Source: Patescibacteria group bacterium (lineage in GTDB: Bacteria; Patescibacteriota; JAQUNI01). Taken from it: DNA of 64,000 nt. Under the pieces are notes generated by a model. It did not search any database, was not told the DNA's origin, and saw nothing but the letters and a program-made list of their open reading frames with translations. The stretch's first letter is position 1. Each line of letters opens with the position of its first letter. A program made the position numbers and the translations under genes. The stretch is taken from positions 311 to 64,310 of the forward strand of contig JAQUNI010000003.1 in the NCBI GenBank assembly GCA_028717685.1, read 5' to 3'. Positions 35,046 to 45,014 of this stretch are shown in pieces.

Positions 35046-35480
35046 ATGTCGCGCATATTAGCAATTATATTTCTGTTGATTATTATCATTGCTCTCGGCG
35101 CGTATGCCGCTTGGCAGGGTCCGCGCGAGGAGATTACTTCCTGGGAAGCCGTGGGCACTCCCGAAAAGTATGAGGGTCGCGAGATTAATGCTGGCTATAA
35201 TCGCATTATCGGAGGGGGAGGCGGATACTGGACGGTCGGTCCTTTCGGTCATGATGTTGTTTTGAAAATTGATCCTCGCCTTTCATTAGAGCCGGGGGAT
35301 TTTATCAGCTACCAAGGCAAGGTGAGAAAAGATGGTTATATTGAAACGAACGAAGTTTATATTCACAAAGAGCGAGGCTTTAAATATTTAGTCTCGTTGG
35401 TTCCTTTATTGGTGATTCTATTTTGGTTCGCGAGAAAATATAAGTTTAATCAGCGCGAGTTTTATTTTGAAAAAAAGTAA
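35046..35480 (+). CDS. Hypothetical membrane-anchored protein (N- and C-terminal TM helices).
   Basis: ORF with hydrophobic termini. No recognisable motif. Confidence 0.4.
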   Translation: MSRILAIIFLLIIIIALGAYAAWQGPREEITSWEAVGTPEKYEGREINAGYNRIIGGGGGYWTVGPFGHDVVLKIDPRLSLEPGDFISYQGKVRKDGYIETNEVYIHKERGFKYLVSLVPLLVILFWFARKYKFNQREFYFEKK

Positions 35481-35494
35481 GTCTTGAGACTACT

Positions 35495-35965
35495 ATGCCT
35501 GATCTAGTTTCACATTGTTTGGTCAGCAGGATATTATTTTTTGGTAAGTTTAAAAAATATTTACTACTCTTTTTGATTGGCACTATCCTTCCCGATGTTT
35601 TGACGCGGGCTCCCCTCTTTTTTTTCAGCGAGTGTTACCGTTGCGCTTGGTGGATTGGCGTTCTCCATTCCCCCCTTCCTCTTTTTTTTGTTGTTTTACT
35701 TTTCAGTTTATTTTTCAAAAGAGTGAAAGAGGCTTTTGGGGCTTTATTTTTAGGCGTTCTTTTACATTTATTTTTTGATTCCTTCCAGAGACATTTGGGC
35801 GGCGGCTATTATTGGCTGTTTCCTTTTTCTTTTCAGACCGCGGAATGGGGTCTATTTTGGCCGGAAATGAGTCTGCAGTTTATACCTTACTTGTTGTTAG
35901 CAACGGTTATGGTTTACGCTTTGGAGTTATATTTTAGAGGAAGGAAGGTAAGAAAAAATTTTTAA
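35495..35965 (+). CDS. Integral membrane protein, possibly YdjM-like metal-dependent membrane hydrolase.
   Basis: Polytopic, with LPDxL...H...HxFxD spacing resembling DUF457/YdjM. Weak. Confidence 0.35.
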   Translation: MPDLVSHCLVSRILFFGKFKKYLLLFLIGTILPDVLTRAPLFFFSECYRCAWWIGVLHSPLPLFFVVLLFSLFFKRVKEAFGALFLGVLLHLFFDSFQRHLGGGYYWLFPFSFQTAEWGLFWPEMSLQFIPYLLLATVMVYALELYFRGRKVRKNF

Positions 35966-36088
35966 TTTTTAATTTTTAACTAATTTTTATTTGCTTAATT
36001 TTTATTGTTATCATCAACCAAACAATAATTCAATAATTCAATAAAAATTAGCTAAAAATTAAGAACAAAAAATTAAAAATCATCCTTT

Positions 36089-36589
36089 ATGGTTTACCGG
36101 AAAATCCAGTCTCGTTCTACGCTTTTTAAAGTCCTCAAAGACTTTAAAAAGAAAGGTAAGAAGATTGTTTTCGCGCGCGGCTGTTTTGATTTATTCCACC
36201 CAGGCCATCTTTATTATTTAAAAAAAGCCAAGGCTTTAGGGGATATCTTGGTGGTTTGGGTCAATACTGATCAATCTGTACGAGAATTAAAAGGGAAAAA
36301 TCGACCATTATTTTCAGAACAAGAAAGAATGGATTTTTTGGCAAATTTAGAGGTGGTTGATTTCGTTTCCTCTTTTAGTCATCAGGAAGGGTTAGATATT
36401 ATCCAAAGATTTAAACCGGAAATAGTGGTGTTAAATAGAGTATCCTTAGAATATCAAAGAGCGATTCAAGCTTACAAGGGAAAGATTGCAATTATTTCCC
36501 TATTTAAAAAATATTCTACAACTAAGATTATTAATCAAATCTCAAAAACACTATGGTTAAAAAACCAAAGAAGTCATCACAAAAAATAA
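36089..36589 (+). CDS. Cytidylyltransferase-fold nucleotidyltransferase (HldE domain II / RfaE-like sugar-1-phosphate adenylyltransferase).
   Basis: GCFDLFHPGHLYYL (HxGH) and KGKNRPLFSEQERMDFLANLEVVDFV, resembling RfaE domain II. Confidence 0.65.
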   Translation: MVYRKIQSRSTLFKVLKDFKKKGKKIVFARGCFDLFHPGHLYYLKKAKALGDILVVWVNTDQSVRELKGKNRPLFSEQERMDFLANLEVVDFVSSFSHQEGLDIIQRFKPEIVVLNRVSLEYQRAIQAYKGKIAIISLFKKYSTTKIINQISKTLWLKNQRSHHKK

Positions 36590-37548
36590 AAAAGAGCATT
36601 CTAATTACCGGCAGCGAGGGTTTTGTCGGCTCGCATCTAGTGGACTGGATACTGAAAAATAAAAATGATTATGAGGTCCACGGTATCCGCCATTGGTATC
36701 CGCGCCACACACCCATTTTGCATTTAAATCCCCGCGCTATCTATCATAGTTGCGATATTCGGAATATTGAAGAGTTATTTAAAATTTTAAAAAGGGTGAG
36801 ACCGGTTAAAATTTTCCATTTAGCAGCCCAAAGTTTCGTCCCTCTTTCTTGGGTTTCTCCCGCTGAAACTTTGGAGACCAATATTGTCGGGGAAGCAAAT
36901 TTATTTGAGGCAGTGCGTCGGGTAGGCATTGACCCTGTAATCCAGATTGCGGGATCCAGCGAGGAATATGGCTTAGTCAAGAAAAATGAGGTGCCAGTTT
37001 CAGAAACAAACCCTCTGCGCCCTCTTTCTCCCTATGCCGTGAGCAAGATCGGCCAAGATTTTTTGGGCTATCAATATTTCAAATCCTATGGTTTAAAGAT
37101 TATCCGTACCCGCGCCTTTAACCATACGGGTCCGCGCCGCGGCGACGTCTTTGTTACCAGCGATTTTTCCAAACAAATTGCCGAGATTGAAAAAGGGAAA
37201 AAAGAAGCCGTGCTTCATGTTGGTAATCTGGACGCGGTGCGTGACTTTACGGATGTCAGAGATATGGTAAAGGCCTACTGGTTAGCCACCGAGAAATGCA
37301 AACCCGGGGAGATTTATAATATCGGTTCAGGGAAAGGTTATAAGATCGGCGATATGTTAAACATCCTGCTTTCGATGAGCCGGAAGAAGATTAGAGTGGA
37401 ACAGGAACCAGAAAGGATGCGGCCTTCGGATGTCCCGGTTTTAATTTGCGATACTCGGAAGTTTCGTCAAGCCACAGGTTGGCGCCCTACCATTCCTTTT
37501 GAAAAAACTTTAAAGGATCTTCTAAACTACTGGCGAGAAAGAGTTTAG
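36553..37548 (+). CDS. NDP-sugar 4,6-dehydratase of the GDP-mannose 4,6-dehydratase (Gmd/Rmd) family.
   Basis: ITGSEGFVGSHL Rossmann, YAVSKIGQD (YxxxK), and RAFNHTGPRRGDVFVTSDF...GNLDAVRDFTDVRDMVKA closely matching the Gmd FNHESPRRG...GNLDSLRDWGHAKDYV. Confidence 0.7.
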   Translation: MVKKPKKSSQKIKKSILITGSEGFVGSHLVDWILKNKNDYEVHGIRHWYPRHTPILHLNPRAIYHSCDIRNIEELFKILKRVRPVKIFHLAAQSFVPLSWVSPAETLETNIVGEANLFEAVRRVGIDPVIQIAGSSEEYGLVKKNEVPVSETNPLRPLSPYAVSKIGQDFLGYQYFKSYGLKIIRTRAFNHTGPRRGDVFVTSDFSKQIAEIEKGKKEAVLHVGNLDAVRDFTDVRDMVKAYWLATEKCKPGEIYNIGSGKGYKIGDMLNILLSMSRKKIRVEQEPERMRPSDVPVLICDTRKFRQATGWRPTIPFEKTLKDLLNYWRERV

Positions 37549-37635
37549 TTAAAAGTTCAAAGTGCAAAGTTAAAAGTTGAGTTTAAAGTTCAAAGTTTGT
37601 ATTGATACACAACCCCCAATTTTTAAATGTAACTT

Positions 37636-37681
37636 TGCCCGCCCGCCTCGCCTGAAGCGAAGCTTGTGAGCGGGCAGGCAC
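37636..37681. repeat. GC-rich palindromic element copy (gcccgcccgcctcgcctgaagcgaagc...gcgggcaggc) flanked by caaagtt/aaaagtt word arrays.
   Basis: Same core as the copies at 5611, 34030 and 38187. Confidence 0.7.
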
Positions 37682-37709
37682 TTTTCACTTTGAATTTTGC
37701 ACTGATTTT

Positions 37710-38843
37710 ATGCGTATCCTTTTTATCACACGTAAACATCCTCCTTCTGTCGGTGGAATGCAGAACCTGTCCTATAACCTTATTCAAAATTTTCTGAAGC
37801 AAGGCAGAGAAAGGGGCGACCAAATAGAGACAATTATTCTTAACAGGAGTCAGTGGCATTTATTTTGGTGGTTTCCTTATGCTTTATTCTTAACGCTGGC
37901 GAAGGCAAGAACAATGGATATTGTTCATTTGGGCGACCCCGTCCTTTCTTTGATTGGTTTTTTAGCGCGTGTGTTTTACCATAAAGCCGTTGTGGTGACG
38001 ATTCATGGTTTGGACGTAACCTTTAATCTCTTTTTATACCAGTGGTATTTAAAGCTTTTTGGTCGAAAGTTTGATCGTTATATTTGTATTTCCAGCTATG
38101 CCCTGGAAGAAGCGCGAAAGGTGGGTTTTTCTCCTTGCGCGGTGATTCCTGTTGGCGTGGACACAAATAAGTTAAAAGTTAAAAGTGCCCGCCCGCAACG
38201 CCTTGCAAGCTCGGCTTGCATGGCGGGCGCGGAAAAGTTAAAAGTTTTAAGAATTGCTTTTTACAAAAAATATAATTTACCCCGAGACCAATATTATTTG
38301 TTGACCGTTGGTCGTTTGGTGCGGAGGAAAGGAGTATATTGGTTTATTGATAGAGTGTTGTCTACTTTGTCCCCCAATATTATTTATTTAGTGGTTGGCG
38401 AGGGGCCGGAACGAGAGAGAATTAAAACCTTGATTCAAGAGAGAGGTTTAGAAAAAAGAGTTTATCTTTTAGGTAAAATTTCTGAAGAGGATTTAAAAAT
38501 AGTTTATAGCCTCGCTGATTTATTTATTATGCCTAATATTAAGGTCCAAGGGGATGTTGAAGGGTTTGGGCTTGTGGCTGTGGAAGCGGCTCAAAATGGT
38601 CTACCGGTCATTGCCGCGGGTATTGAGGGTATCCGTGACGCAGTGATTTCGGGACGTAATGGTATTTTGGTGGAATCAGAAAACTCCGCTGCTTTTCAAA
38701 AAAAGATTTTGGAGTTCTTAAGGAACCAGGAATACAGAAAGAGTTTTGGTGACCAGGCTGCTCAATTCACGAGGGAAACCTATGATTGGCAAATAATCGC
38801 CAAGCGGTATTATGAGGAATTTTTAAAGGTAATTAGTAGTTAG
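37710..38843 (+). CDS. GT4 glycosyltransferase carrying an in-frame palindromic-element insertion.
   Basis: GT-B C-domain (GRLVRRKG...EGFGLVAVEAAQNGLPVI). Residues about 153-180 (NKLKVKSARPQRLASSACMAGAEKLKV) are encoded by the repeat element. Confidence 0.75.
   Translation: MRILFITRKHPPSVGGMQNLSYNLIQNFLKQGRERGDQIETIILNRSQWHLFWWFPYALFLTLAKARTMDIVHLGDPVLSLIGFLARVFYHKAVVVTIHGLDVTFNLFLYQWYLKLFGRKFDRYICISSYALEEARKVGFSPCAVIPVGVDTNKLKVKSARPQRLASSACMAGAEKLKVLRIAFYKKYNLPRDQYYLLTVGRLVRRKGVYWFIDRVLSTLSPNIIYLVVGEGPERERIKTLIQERGLEKRVYLLGKISEEDLKIVYSLADLFIMPNIKVQGDVEGFGLVAVEAAQNGLPVIAAGIEGIRDAVISGRNGILVESENSAAFQKKILEFLRNQEYRKSFGDQAAQFTRETYDWQIIAKRYYEEFLKVISS
38169..38250. mobile_element. Miniature GC-rich palindromic element (gcccgcccgcaacgcc...ggcgggcgcgg) with aagttaaaagtt flanking direct repeats, inserted in-frame inside the GT4 CDS.
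   Basis: Same core and same aaagtt flanks as the intergenic copy at 37556-37700. Reading frame preserved. Confidence 0.6.
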
Positions 38844-39043
38844 TAATCAGTAATTAGTAATCGGTAATCAGTAATTATAGACCTTTTACAAAATAACCTT
38901 TTCTACTGCAATTGCCAGATTTCGGCTGCAAATGTTTCAGGGCTCGTCGCCGTATTTTAGCCAAATACGGCTTCCTCACCCTTCAACATTTTCGCTCGAA
39001 ATCTGTCAATTTCTTAACGAAAAATTATTTCGCAAAAGGTCTT

Positions 39044-40078
39044 ATGAAAATTGCCATCATCTTCCCACGGCTTTCTGGTCCTTATGGTGGGGAAAAAATA
39101 TTGATTAAGGTGACTGACGAATTAGTGAGGTTAGGGCACGCAGTCACCCTTTATGTTTATGAATATAATGCGCTCTGCGCGTCTCATCTTGATCCGCGTA
39201 TTACGGTAATCCATTCACGGGCATTTAAATTCGGACGGCATAACCTAGATACCTTTCTTGCTTATTTGGCGATGCCTTGGGTGGCCAATAAGATTCTGTG
39301 TGATTATGAGCTTATTTTGGGAATGACTTGGCAGGCGGCTTTTGCACTGTGGTGGCTTCGCAAGGTGCGCAGATGTTTTAGTCAAACCCCTTTGGTTTAT
39401 CATTGTTTTGAGCCGCCGCGTTTTATTTATGATCTTCAAACCGTGACGGGCAACTCTTTACTTGCTCGTTTGACTGCTTTTTTTGTAAAACGGATTGACC
39501 GCACAAGCGTGCGAGCGGCGGATGTGATTATCAGTATTTCTGACTATATCCAAAAACAAGTGAAAAAAGTTTATAACCGCGATTCAGTGAAGATTTATCC
39601 GGGCGTGGAAATTGAACGTTTTCAGAGATACACGCGGAGAGAGGCCAGGGAGATTTTAAATATTCCTTTGGATCGGGAAGTTTTTTTGTCAATCTCAAAG
39701 CTACATAAAAGAAAGAGGCTGGATCAAGCCTTAGAAATTTTTCAAAGAAGAAGGAAGGACCAAAATTCAGCATTCTATATCGCGGGCCAAGGTCCTGAAG
39801 AGGATAATCTGAAACGTTTAGTTAAGCAAATGCATTTGGAAAAAGCGGTCAAGTTTATTGGCGTGGTTTTAGGGGAAAAGACGGTTCAATATATGGCGGC
39901 GTGCGATTATTTTATTTTTACTGCTTTAAATGAACCTTTTGGTATCGCCCCCTTGGAAGCTAAAGTGGCGGGCGCGAAAGTGATTCCCCGAGAGCGCCCC
40001 TATCCTATCCTAAGTTGGCAAGAATCGGCAGATAAGATGCACAGAGTATTTTTAAAATTAGTAGCTAGCCGCCCGTAA
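39044..40078 (+). CDS. GT4 glycosyltransferase.
   Basis: GT-B fold with a C-terminal E...FGIAPLEA motif. The likely start is ATG at 39044 (MKIAIIFP); the ORF extension from 38912 reads through the intergenic region. Confidence 0.7.
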   Translation: MKIAIIFPRLSGPYGGEKILIKVTDELVRLGHAVTLYVYEYNALCASHLDPRITVIHSRAFKFGRHNLDTFLAYLAMPWVANKILCDYELILGMTWQAAFALWWLRKVRRCFSQTPLVYHCFEPPRFIYDLQTVTGNSLLARLTAFFVKRIDRTSVRAADVIISISDYIQKQVKKVYNRDSVKIYPGVEIERFQRYTRREAREILNIPLDREVFLSISKLHKRKRLDQALEIFQRRRKDQNSAFYIAGQGPEEDNLKRLVKQMHLEKAVKFIGVVLGEKTVQYMAACDYFIFTALNEPFGIAPLEAKVAGAKVIPRERPYPILSWQESADKMHRVFLKLVASRP

Positions 40079-40127
40079 CTACCTTACTCTTTAAATAAAA
40101 GCTGGCGAGGTTATAGTAATTATAAAT

Positions 40128-42170
40128 ATGAATTCCTTAAATCGTCCTAAAAATTTAGAAGACACCATCCAGGAATTTTTTTTGATATTTACTATTTTTT
40201 TCTTTATTCTTTTAAGTTTTGCCATTTTAGGGATTTTTTTCAGATGGTTGGTTTTTTTGGCATTCTTTTTGTTGTTGATGGCGATAGGAGTGAGAATTTG
40301 GTATTTGAGGTCCTTCCGCCATATTTTGATTTCGCGGTGGCACAAGGGAATTTTGCTGCTTTTAATCATTGTAACTTTGTTCAACGCCTTTTATCACCAC
40401 AGTATTCCTTCTTCGCGGGATAATATCGGGTATCTAACCGCCGGCGTGATGCTGGCGAAAGCAGGGAAGCTGCATTTTCAGGATATAATTTCCCGCCCTT
40501 ATCACCCTTATCGCGAAGTCAATTTAGGTCAAGACGTGGTAACCTCGCAGTTTTTGCCGGGTTATAACGCATTTTTAGGATTTTGGTATCACTTGGGGGG
40601 TTTGAATTTAGTCTTTTGGGGCAACGCCATTTTATTTTTTCTTTTTTTGGTATGCCTTTATGCCGTAGCTTGTAAAATTACAAGACAAAGAAAAATAGCC
40701 TTATTGTCTTTATTTTTCACAATTACATTTTTTGCCTTTTTATGGTTTCCGCGGAGGACAAATTCCGAGAATTTATTTATGGTTTTGATTTGGTTCGCGA
40801 TCTGGCTTTTTTTAAGGGGCATAGAGACTAAAAGTTTGCGGCGGCTTATTTGGGGTTTCTTGCCGGTTTCTCTCACGATTTTAGTGCGGGGGGAGGGGTT
40901 ACTTTATCTGGCGACTTTTACTTTAGCTTTCTTATTCGCGCTTTGGAAACTAAGAAGGCAGATTAAAAAAGAAAGGTTATCCTTTTTAATTTTCCTTTTT
41001 CCATTAGCTACTATAATTCTTTTTCTCCGCTATGTTGTTCTCTATAATGGGAGTTATATTTGGGGTCACGCCGTGTCTATTTTGTACAACTTGGGTGATT
41101 TTATTGTCCTCTGGATTCCGGTTAATCTTTTAAGTATTATCCGTTACGCTGTTCTTTATAAAGTTTTTGTTTTCTTGGGTTTGATTTTAGCCGCGGGAAT
41201 GATTTACGCGGCTTATCGTTTTAGACTGCGTATTTTAGTATTAGCCCGGAAATTTTCCCTGGGATTCAATAAGGGACAATTTTTGACTGCCGTAGTTTTA
41301 ACTTTTTTACTCGTTTTTAACCTTATTTTAATCTCTCATTATCATTGGCAGGAATTCGTGAATTGGCAGACCTATCGGATTCAGTATGTTTTTATTATCT
41401 TAGGGGAATATTTTTTACTTCCTTATTTTCTTGTTTTTTTAATAAGACTTTGGGAGCCGCGGTTTTTAGGGAAAGAGGCCTATTATGTCGCTCTGATTTT
41501 TCTGCCCATTATCATTTTTATCCTTGACCCTTTTGTGGGATTGGATCAGCCTTGGTTTTTAAGGCGTTTTTATCCCACTCTAATTCCATTCCTTTTTGTT
41601 CTGGCCGCCTGGGGATTATTCAATTTAAAACTGGGAAAGAAGGCCAGAACGGCTATCATTGTTTTGCTTTTAGCGATGAACCTTTGGGTTTCGTTACCGG
41701 TGCTGTTTTTCCGAGAATATCAAGGAGTGCAAAAGGAATTGGAGAATTTAGCTTCCCGTTTTGAAAAGGATAGTTTAATTTTGATGGATCCGGGTTGGCA
41801 GTGGCAGCAGTGGGGCTATGCTTTGCATTATATTTATGGTCGTGACGTTTTGCCCGAGTATGATCGGTTCTCGGCGGAAGAGATGGAAAAACTGATCCAA
41901 AGTCATGGGCAAGTTTATGTCATCAGTAAAAAAGGGCCAGAGGAGGAGAATATCATTGATTATCCCGGTTTTTCCCAGGAGAAATTGCGGTACCTTGATG
42001 AAGTCAGGCTTTTTTATCCTGTACTATTAAGCACGACCAATCTTACTGACTATATTCAAGACAAGGAAACCGCGGTCAGCACAGTGACTCTTCTGCAAAA
42101 GTATCAAGAGGCTTTGCCGCGAGAAAAGGATATTGAGGATGTCACGCTTTATATATATCGGTACAAATAA
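40128..42170 (+). CDS. Large polytopic membrane protein, putative GT-C-fold glycosyltransferase (PMT/ArnT-like) with a C-terminal soluble domain.
   Basis: More than 12 TM helices and an acidic first-loop motif (SSRDNIGY). About 130 aa C-terminal globular part. Family assignment is tentative. Confidence 0.4.
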   Translation: MNSLNRPKNLEDTIQEFFLIFTIFFFILLSFAILGIFFRWLVFLAFFLLLMAIGVRIWYLRSFRHILISRWHKGILLLLIIVTLFNAFYHHSIPSSRDNIGYLTAGVMLAKAGKLHFQDIISRPYHPYREVNLGQDVVTSQFLPGYNAFLGFWYHLGGLNLVFWGNAILFFLFLVCLYAVACKITRQRKIALLSLFFTITFFAFLWFPRRTNSENLFMVLIWFAIWLFLRGIETKSLRRLIWGFLPVSLTILVRGEGLLYLATFTLAFLFALWKLRRQIKKERLSFLIFLFPLATIILFLRYVVLYNGSYIWGHAVSILYNLGDFIVLWIPVNLLSIIRYAVLYKVFVFLGLILAAGMIYAAYRFRLRILVLARKFSLGFNKGQFLTAVVLTFLLVFNLILISHYHWQEFVNWQTYRIQYVFIILGEYFLLPYFLVFLIRLWEPRFLGKEAYYVALIFLPIIIFILDPFVGLDQPWFLRRFYPTLIPFLFVLAAWGLFNLKLGKKARTAIIVLLLAMNLWVSLPVLFFREYQGVQKELENLASRFEKDSLILMDPGWQWQQWGYALHYIYGRDVLPEYDRFSAEEMEKLIQSHGQVYVISKKGPEEENIIDYPGFSQEKLRYLDEVRLFYPVLLSTTNLTDYIQDKETAVSTVTLLQKYQEALPREKDIEDVTLYIYRYK

Positions 42171-42243
42171 GTGTAAAGAGCAATGATCAAAGATGTAAGT
42201 AAGGTGTTGCAGGCGGGCAATGTAAAATCTTAGGATTTTATTT

Positions 42244-42396
42244 AAAATTATTCTAATTAACCTAATTGTTCTAATTATTCTAAATAAATCCCAATATCTA
42301 ATGACCAATGTCTAAAAATGGATTTTGGTTATTCAAGATTTGGTCATTGGTCATTTTTTAGGTTAATTAGGTCAATTAGAACAATTAGAATAATTT
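42244..42396. repeat. About 150 bp imperfect palindrome built of period-9 CTAATTNNN words with inner tctaatgaccaatg / ggtcattggtcatt arms.
   Basis: Direct reading. It lies between two co-directional GT genes. Confidence 0.75.
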
Positions 42397-42402
42397 TTAG
42401 AT

Positions 42403-43587
42403 ATGTCTTCCCACAATTTAAAAATTGCTATCTTTTCTAACACTTTTGGTCCCAAGGACGCGATGGGTCAGCACGTGCATTTGATTAAAAAAGTTTTTCC
42501 GGAAGCAGAAATCTTTTTAGAACGCGGGAATGAGGATCCGCAAATCGCAACCCATACTTATTATTTCATTAAGCGTTATCCTTGGATGAGTTTGTATATG
42601 TTGGAATGGAGATTGGGGCTGCGGTTGAAGGCGCTGGAATGGTTTTTGAGACCGCTTGAAAAATTAGCTTTCCAGCACGAGGCAAGGAAGTTTTTAAATT
42701 ATGATATTGTCTTAGTGGAATGGGGTCTTTACCATAAAGCCATTCATCTTTTGCCATTCTTGACGCATTTAGAGAAAAGGCCGCGTTTGATTTTTGACTA
42801 TCACGGCGTGACACCGCCAGAACATATTTTATCGCGAGGGAAAAGACTGATTGCCCAAAAAACGATTGAGGTCACGAGAGAGGGCGCGGATTATGCGGAT
42901 ATCTCTCTGGTGCGGTCACAGTTTATGGCAGAGGAGCTAAAAGGTTTTGGTCATCCCCGAAAAATAGTGTTAAATCCCCTGCCATTTTTAGGAGGAGAGT
43001 GTCGAGATGCACATCCCGCGCAATTGCGCCACAAATATGGACTAGAAAAGAAGAAAATTTTGCTTTATATTGGCCGCATCTCCACTCATAAAAATTTGGA
43101 AGTGGTGGTTAGAAGTTTAGGGAACCTTTCGCGGGACGATGTTTATTTTATTGTGGTAGGCAACAATCGTCACCGTTCTCTAGCCGCGGAAAAAGAAAGA
43201 TTATTCGCTTTGGCGCGGGATTTAAGAATACCGCATCGGATTATTTTTACGGGTGAGGTATCGCAAGAAGAGTTAGTGAGTTGGTACCGCGCTTGCGATG
43301 TTTTTGTGATGCCAAGTTTACATGAGGGTTTTTGCTGGCCTTTGGTTGACGCAATGGCTTATGGAAAACCAGTTTTGGCTTCGCGTTATGGAGCCATTCC
43401 GGAAACTTTAGGCGAGGCGGGACTTTATTTTGACGCGAAGAATCCTAAGGATTTGGCGGAAAAAATAAACCAAATATTGGAAGATCAGGACTTGCGAAAC
43501 AGACTAGCGCAGATGGGTAGGGAGAAGGTGAAGGAGTATAGTTGGGAGAGATACAAAGATGTTTTAAAACAATTGGTCAGAAGATAA
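42403..43587 (+). CDS. GT4 glycosyltransferase.
   Basis: EGFCWPLVDAMAYGKPVLAS... C-terminal GT-B signature. Confidence 0.75.
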   Translation: MSSHNLKIAIFSNTFGPKDAMGQHVHLIKKVFPEAEIFLERGNEDPQIATHTYYFIKRYPWMSLYMLEWRLGLRLKALEWFLRPLEKLAFQHEARKFLNYDIVLVEWGLYHKAIHLLPFLTHLEKRPRLIFDYHGVTPPEHILSRGKRLIAQKTIEVTREGADYADISLVRSQFMAEELKGFGHPRKIVLNPLPFLGGECRDAHPAQLRHKYGLEKKKILLYIGRISTHKNLEVVVRSLGNLSRDDVYFIVVGNNRHRSLAAEKERLFALARDLRIPHRIIFTGEVSQEELVSWYRACDVFVMPSLHEGFCWPLVDAMAYGKPVLASRYGAIPETLGEAGLYFDAKNPKDLAEKINQILEDQDLRNRLAQMGREKVKEYSWERYKDVLKQLVRR

Positions 43588-43661
43588 TTTTTAATTTTCA
43601 ATTTTTATTAAATTTTCAATGAATCAATTTACTCTATTAGGGGTTCAAAATTTCCAAAGGT

Positions 43662-44939
43662 TTGAAAATTTTGAAATTAGAAATTGAAAATTATAAATTT
43701 TCCATGAATATTATTTTTTTAACCAAATACTTCCCCCCTGATTCTATCGGGGGTGGTGAAATATCGGCTTATTATCTGGCGTTAGGCTTAGCGGGCAAAG
43801 GACATCAAATTACGGTGATCAAGAGAGGCAAAAAGAACCGAGATTATAATGAGAGCAAGAATTTAAAGATTTTAGAGCGAAAAAAACTTTTCACCGCAGA
43901 GGTGCCGAATTTTGAAAGACGTTGGGCGAAAAAACAGGCGCAAATTCTAATTCAGGATATCCCGCGGGACACGCAGATAATCCATAGCCACGATTTTCAT
44001 TCAGCATTGATTGGTGCGGAGTTAAAAAAGATTATCCCTTGCCACCCACTTTTTATCGCCACTGTGCGGGATTATTGGCCTGTTTGCGGCTATGGCAAAG
44101 TCAAAATAAACGGCGAGGTTTGCCCGGGGTGCAAAAATTTTCGCGATTTTAAGGATTGTCCGAAGGTTGCCCGCGGCAATTTGATCCAGAAATATTTAAG
44201 AATGTGGCGGTATCATTATAATATTCCCCAAAGGCAGGAGAGCTTGAAGCAGCTGGACGAAGTAATCTACATCAGCCAGGCCCTACGCGATGAGATTAAA
44301 AAATCCCGCAATATCTCTTTTCCTTTTTCCGCAAAAAAGGTAATCTATAATTCTATTCCCCTAGAAATAGAGAATTACACATCGGGTTCTAATGCTGAGG
44401 GTAAAACAATTTTATTTGCCGGTCTTTTGGATCTTCACAAAGGCGTAGAATTTTTATTAAAAGCCTTAAGTAAAATCGCCTTAAAGGCTGACTTTCAATG
44501 TATTTTAGCCGGCACTGGTCCTCTTTTTGAGAAGTATAAAAAAATGGCAAAATATTTGCGCATTGAAGATAAAGTGAATTTTTTAGGCGCTATCCCCTAT
44601 CGTTTAATGCCGGATTTGTACCGCAAGGCGGATCTTGTGGTGATGCCTTCCCTTTGGCCTGAACCCTTTGGCCGCACGGCTTTAGAAGGTATGGCTTATG
44701 GAAAGGCGGTCGTTTCCACGCGCCACGGCGCTCCGCAAGAATTTATACAAAATAACGAGACCGGAATCCTTATTGAGCCTGGTAATGTTCTGGAGCTAGC
44801 CGAGCGCATTATTTTCCTTTTGCAGAATCCCGATGAGCGGCGCAGAATTGGCGAGAACGCGAGAAAAGATGTTTTGGAAAAATTCCATCCCGCGAAAATT
44901 GCGGAAGAATACGAAAAGGTTTATCAATATAACGAATAA
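43662..44939 (+). CDS. GT4 glycosyltransferase.
   Basis: FPPDSIGGGEIS N-domain and EPFGRTALEGMAYGKAVVST C-domain. An alternative start is ATG at 43704. Confidence 0.75.
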   Translation: MKILKLEIENYKFSMNIIFLTKYFPPDSIGGGEISAYYLALGLAGKGHQITVIKRGKKNRDYNESKNLKILERKKLFTAEVPNFERRWAKKQAQILIQDIPRDTQIIHSHDFHSALIGAELKKIIPCHPLFIATVRDYWPVCGYGKVKINGEVCPGCKNFRDFKDCPKVARGNLIQKYLRMWRYHYNIPQRQESLKQLDEVIYISQALRDEIKKSRNISFPFSAKKVIYNSIPLEIENYTSGSNAEGKTILFAGLLDLHKGVEFLLKALSKIALKADFQCILAGTGPLFEKYKKMAKYLRIEDKVNFLGAIPYRLMPDLYRKADLVVMPSLWPEPFGRTALEGMAYGKAVVSTRHGAPQEFIQNNETGILIEPGNVLELAERIIFLLQNPDERRRIGENARKDVLEKFHPAKIAEEYEKVYQYNE

Positions 44940-45014
44940 GGAATAGGGAATTAGGAATCAGGGATACAATTCTTTTTTATTCCTGATTCATGATTCTTAA
45001 TTCTTGATTCTATT

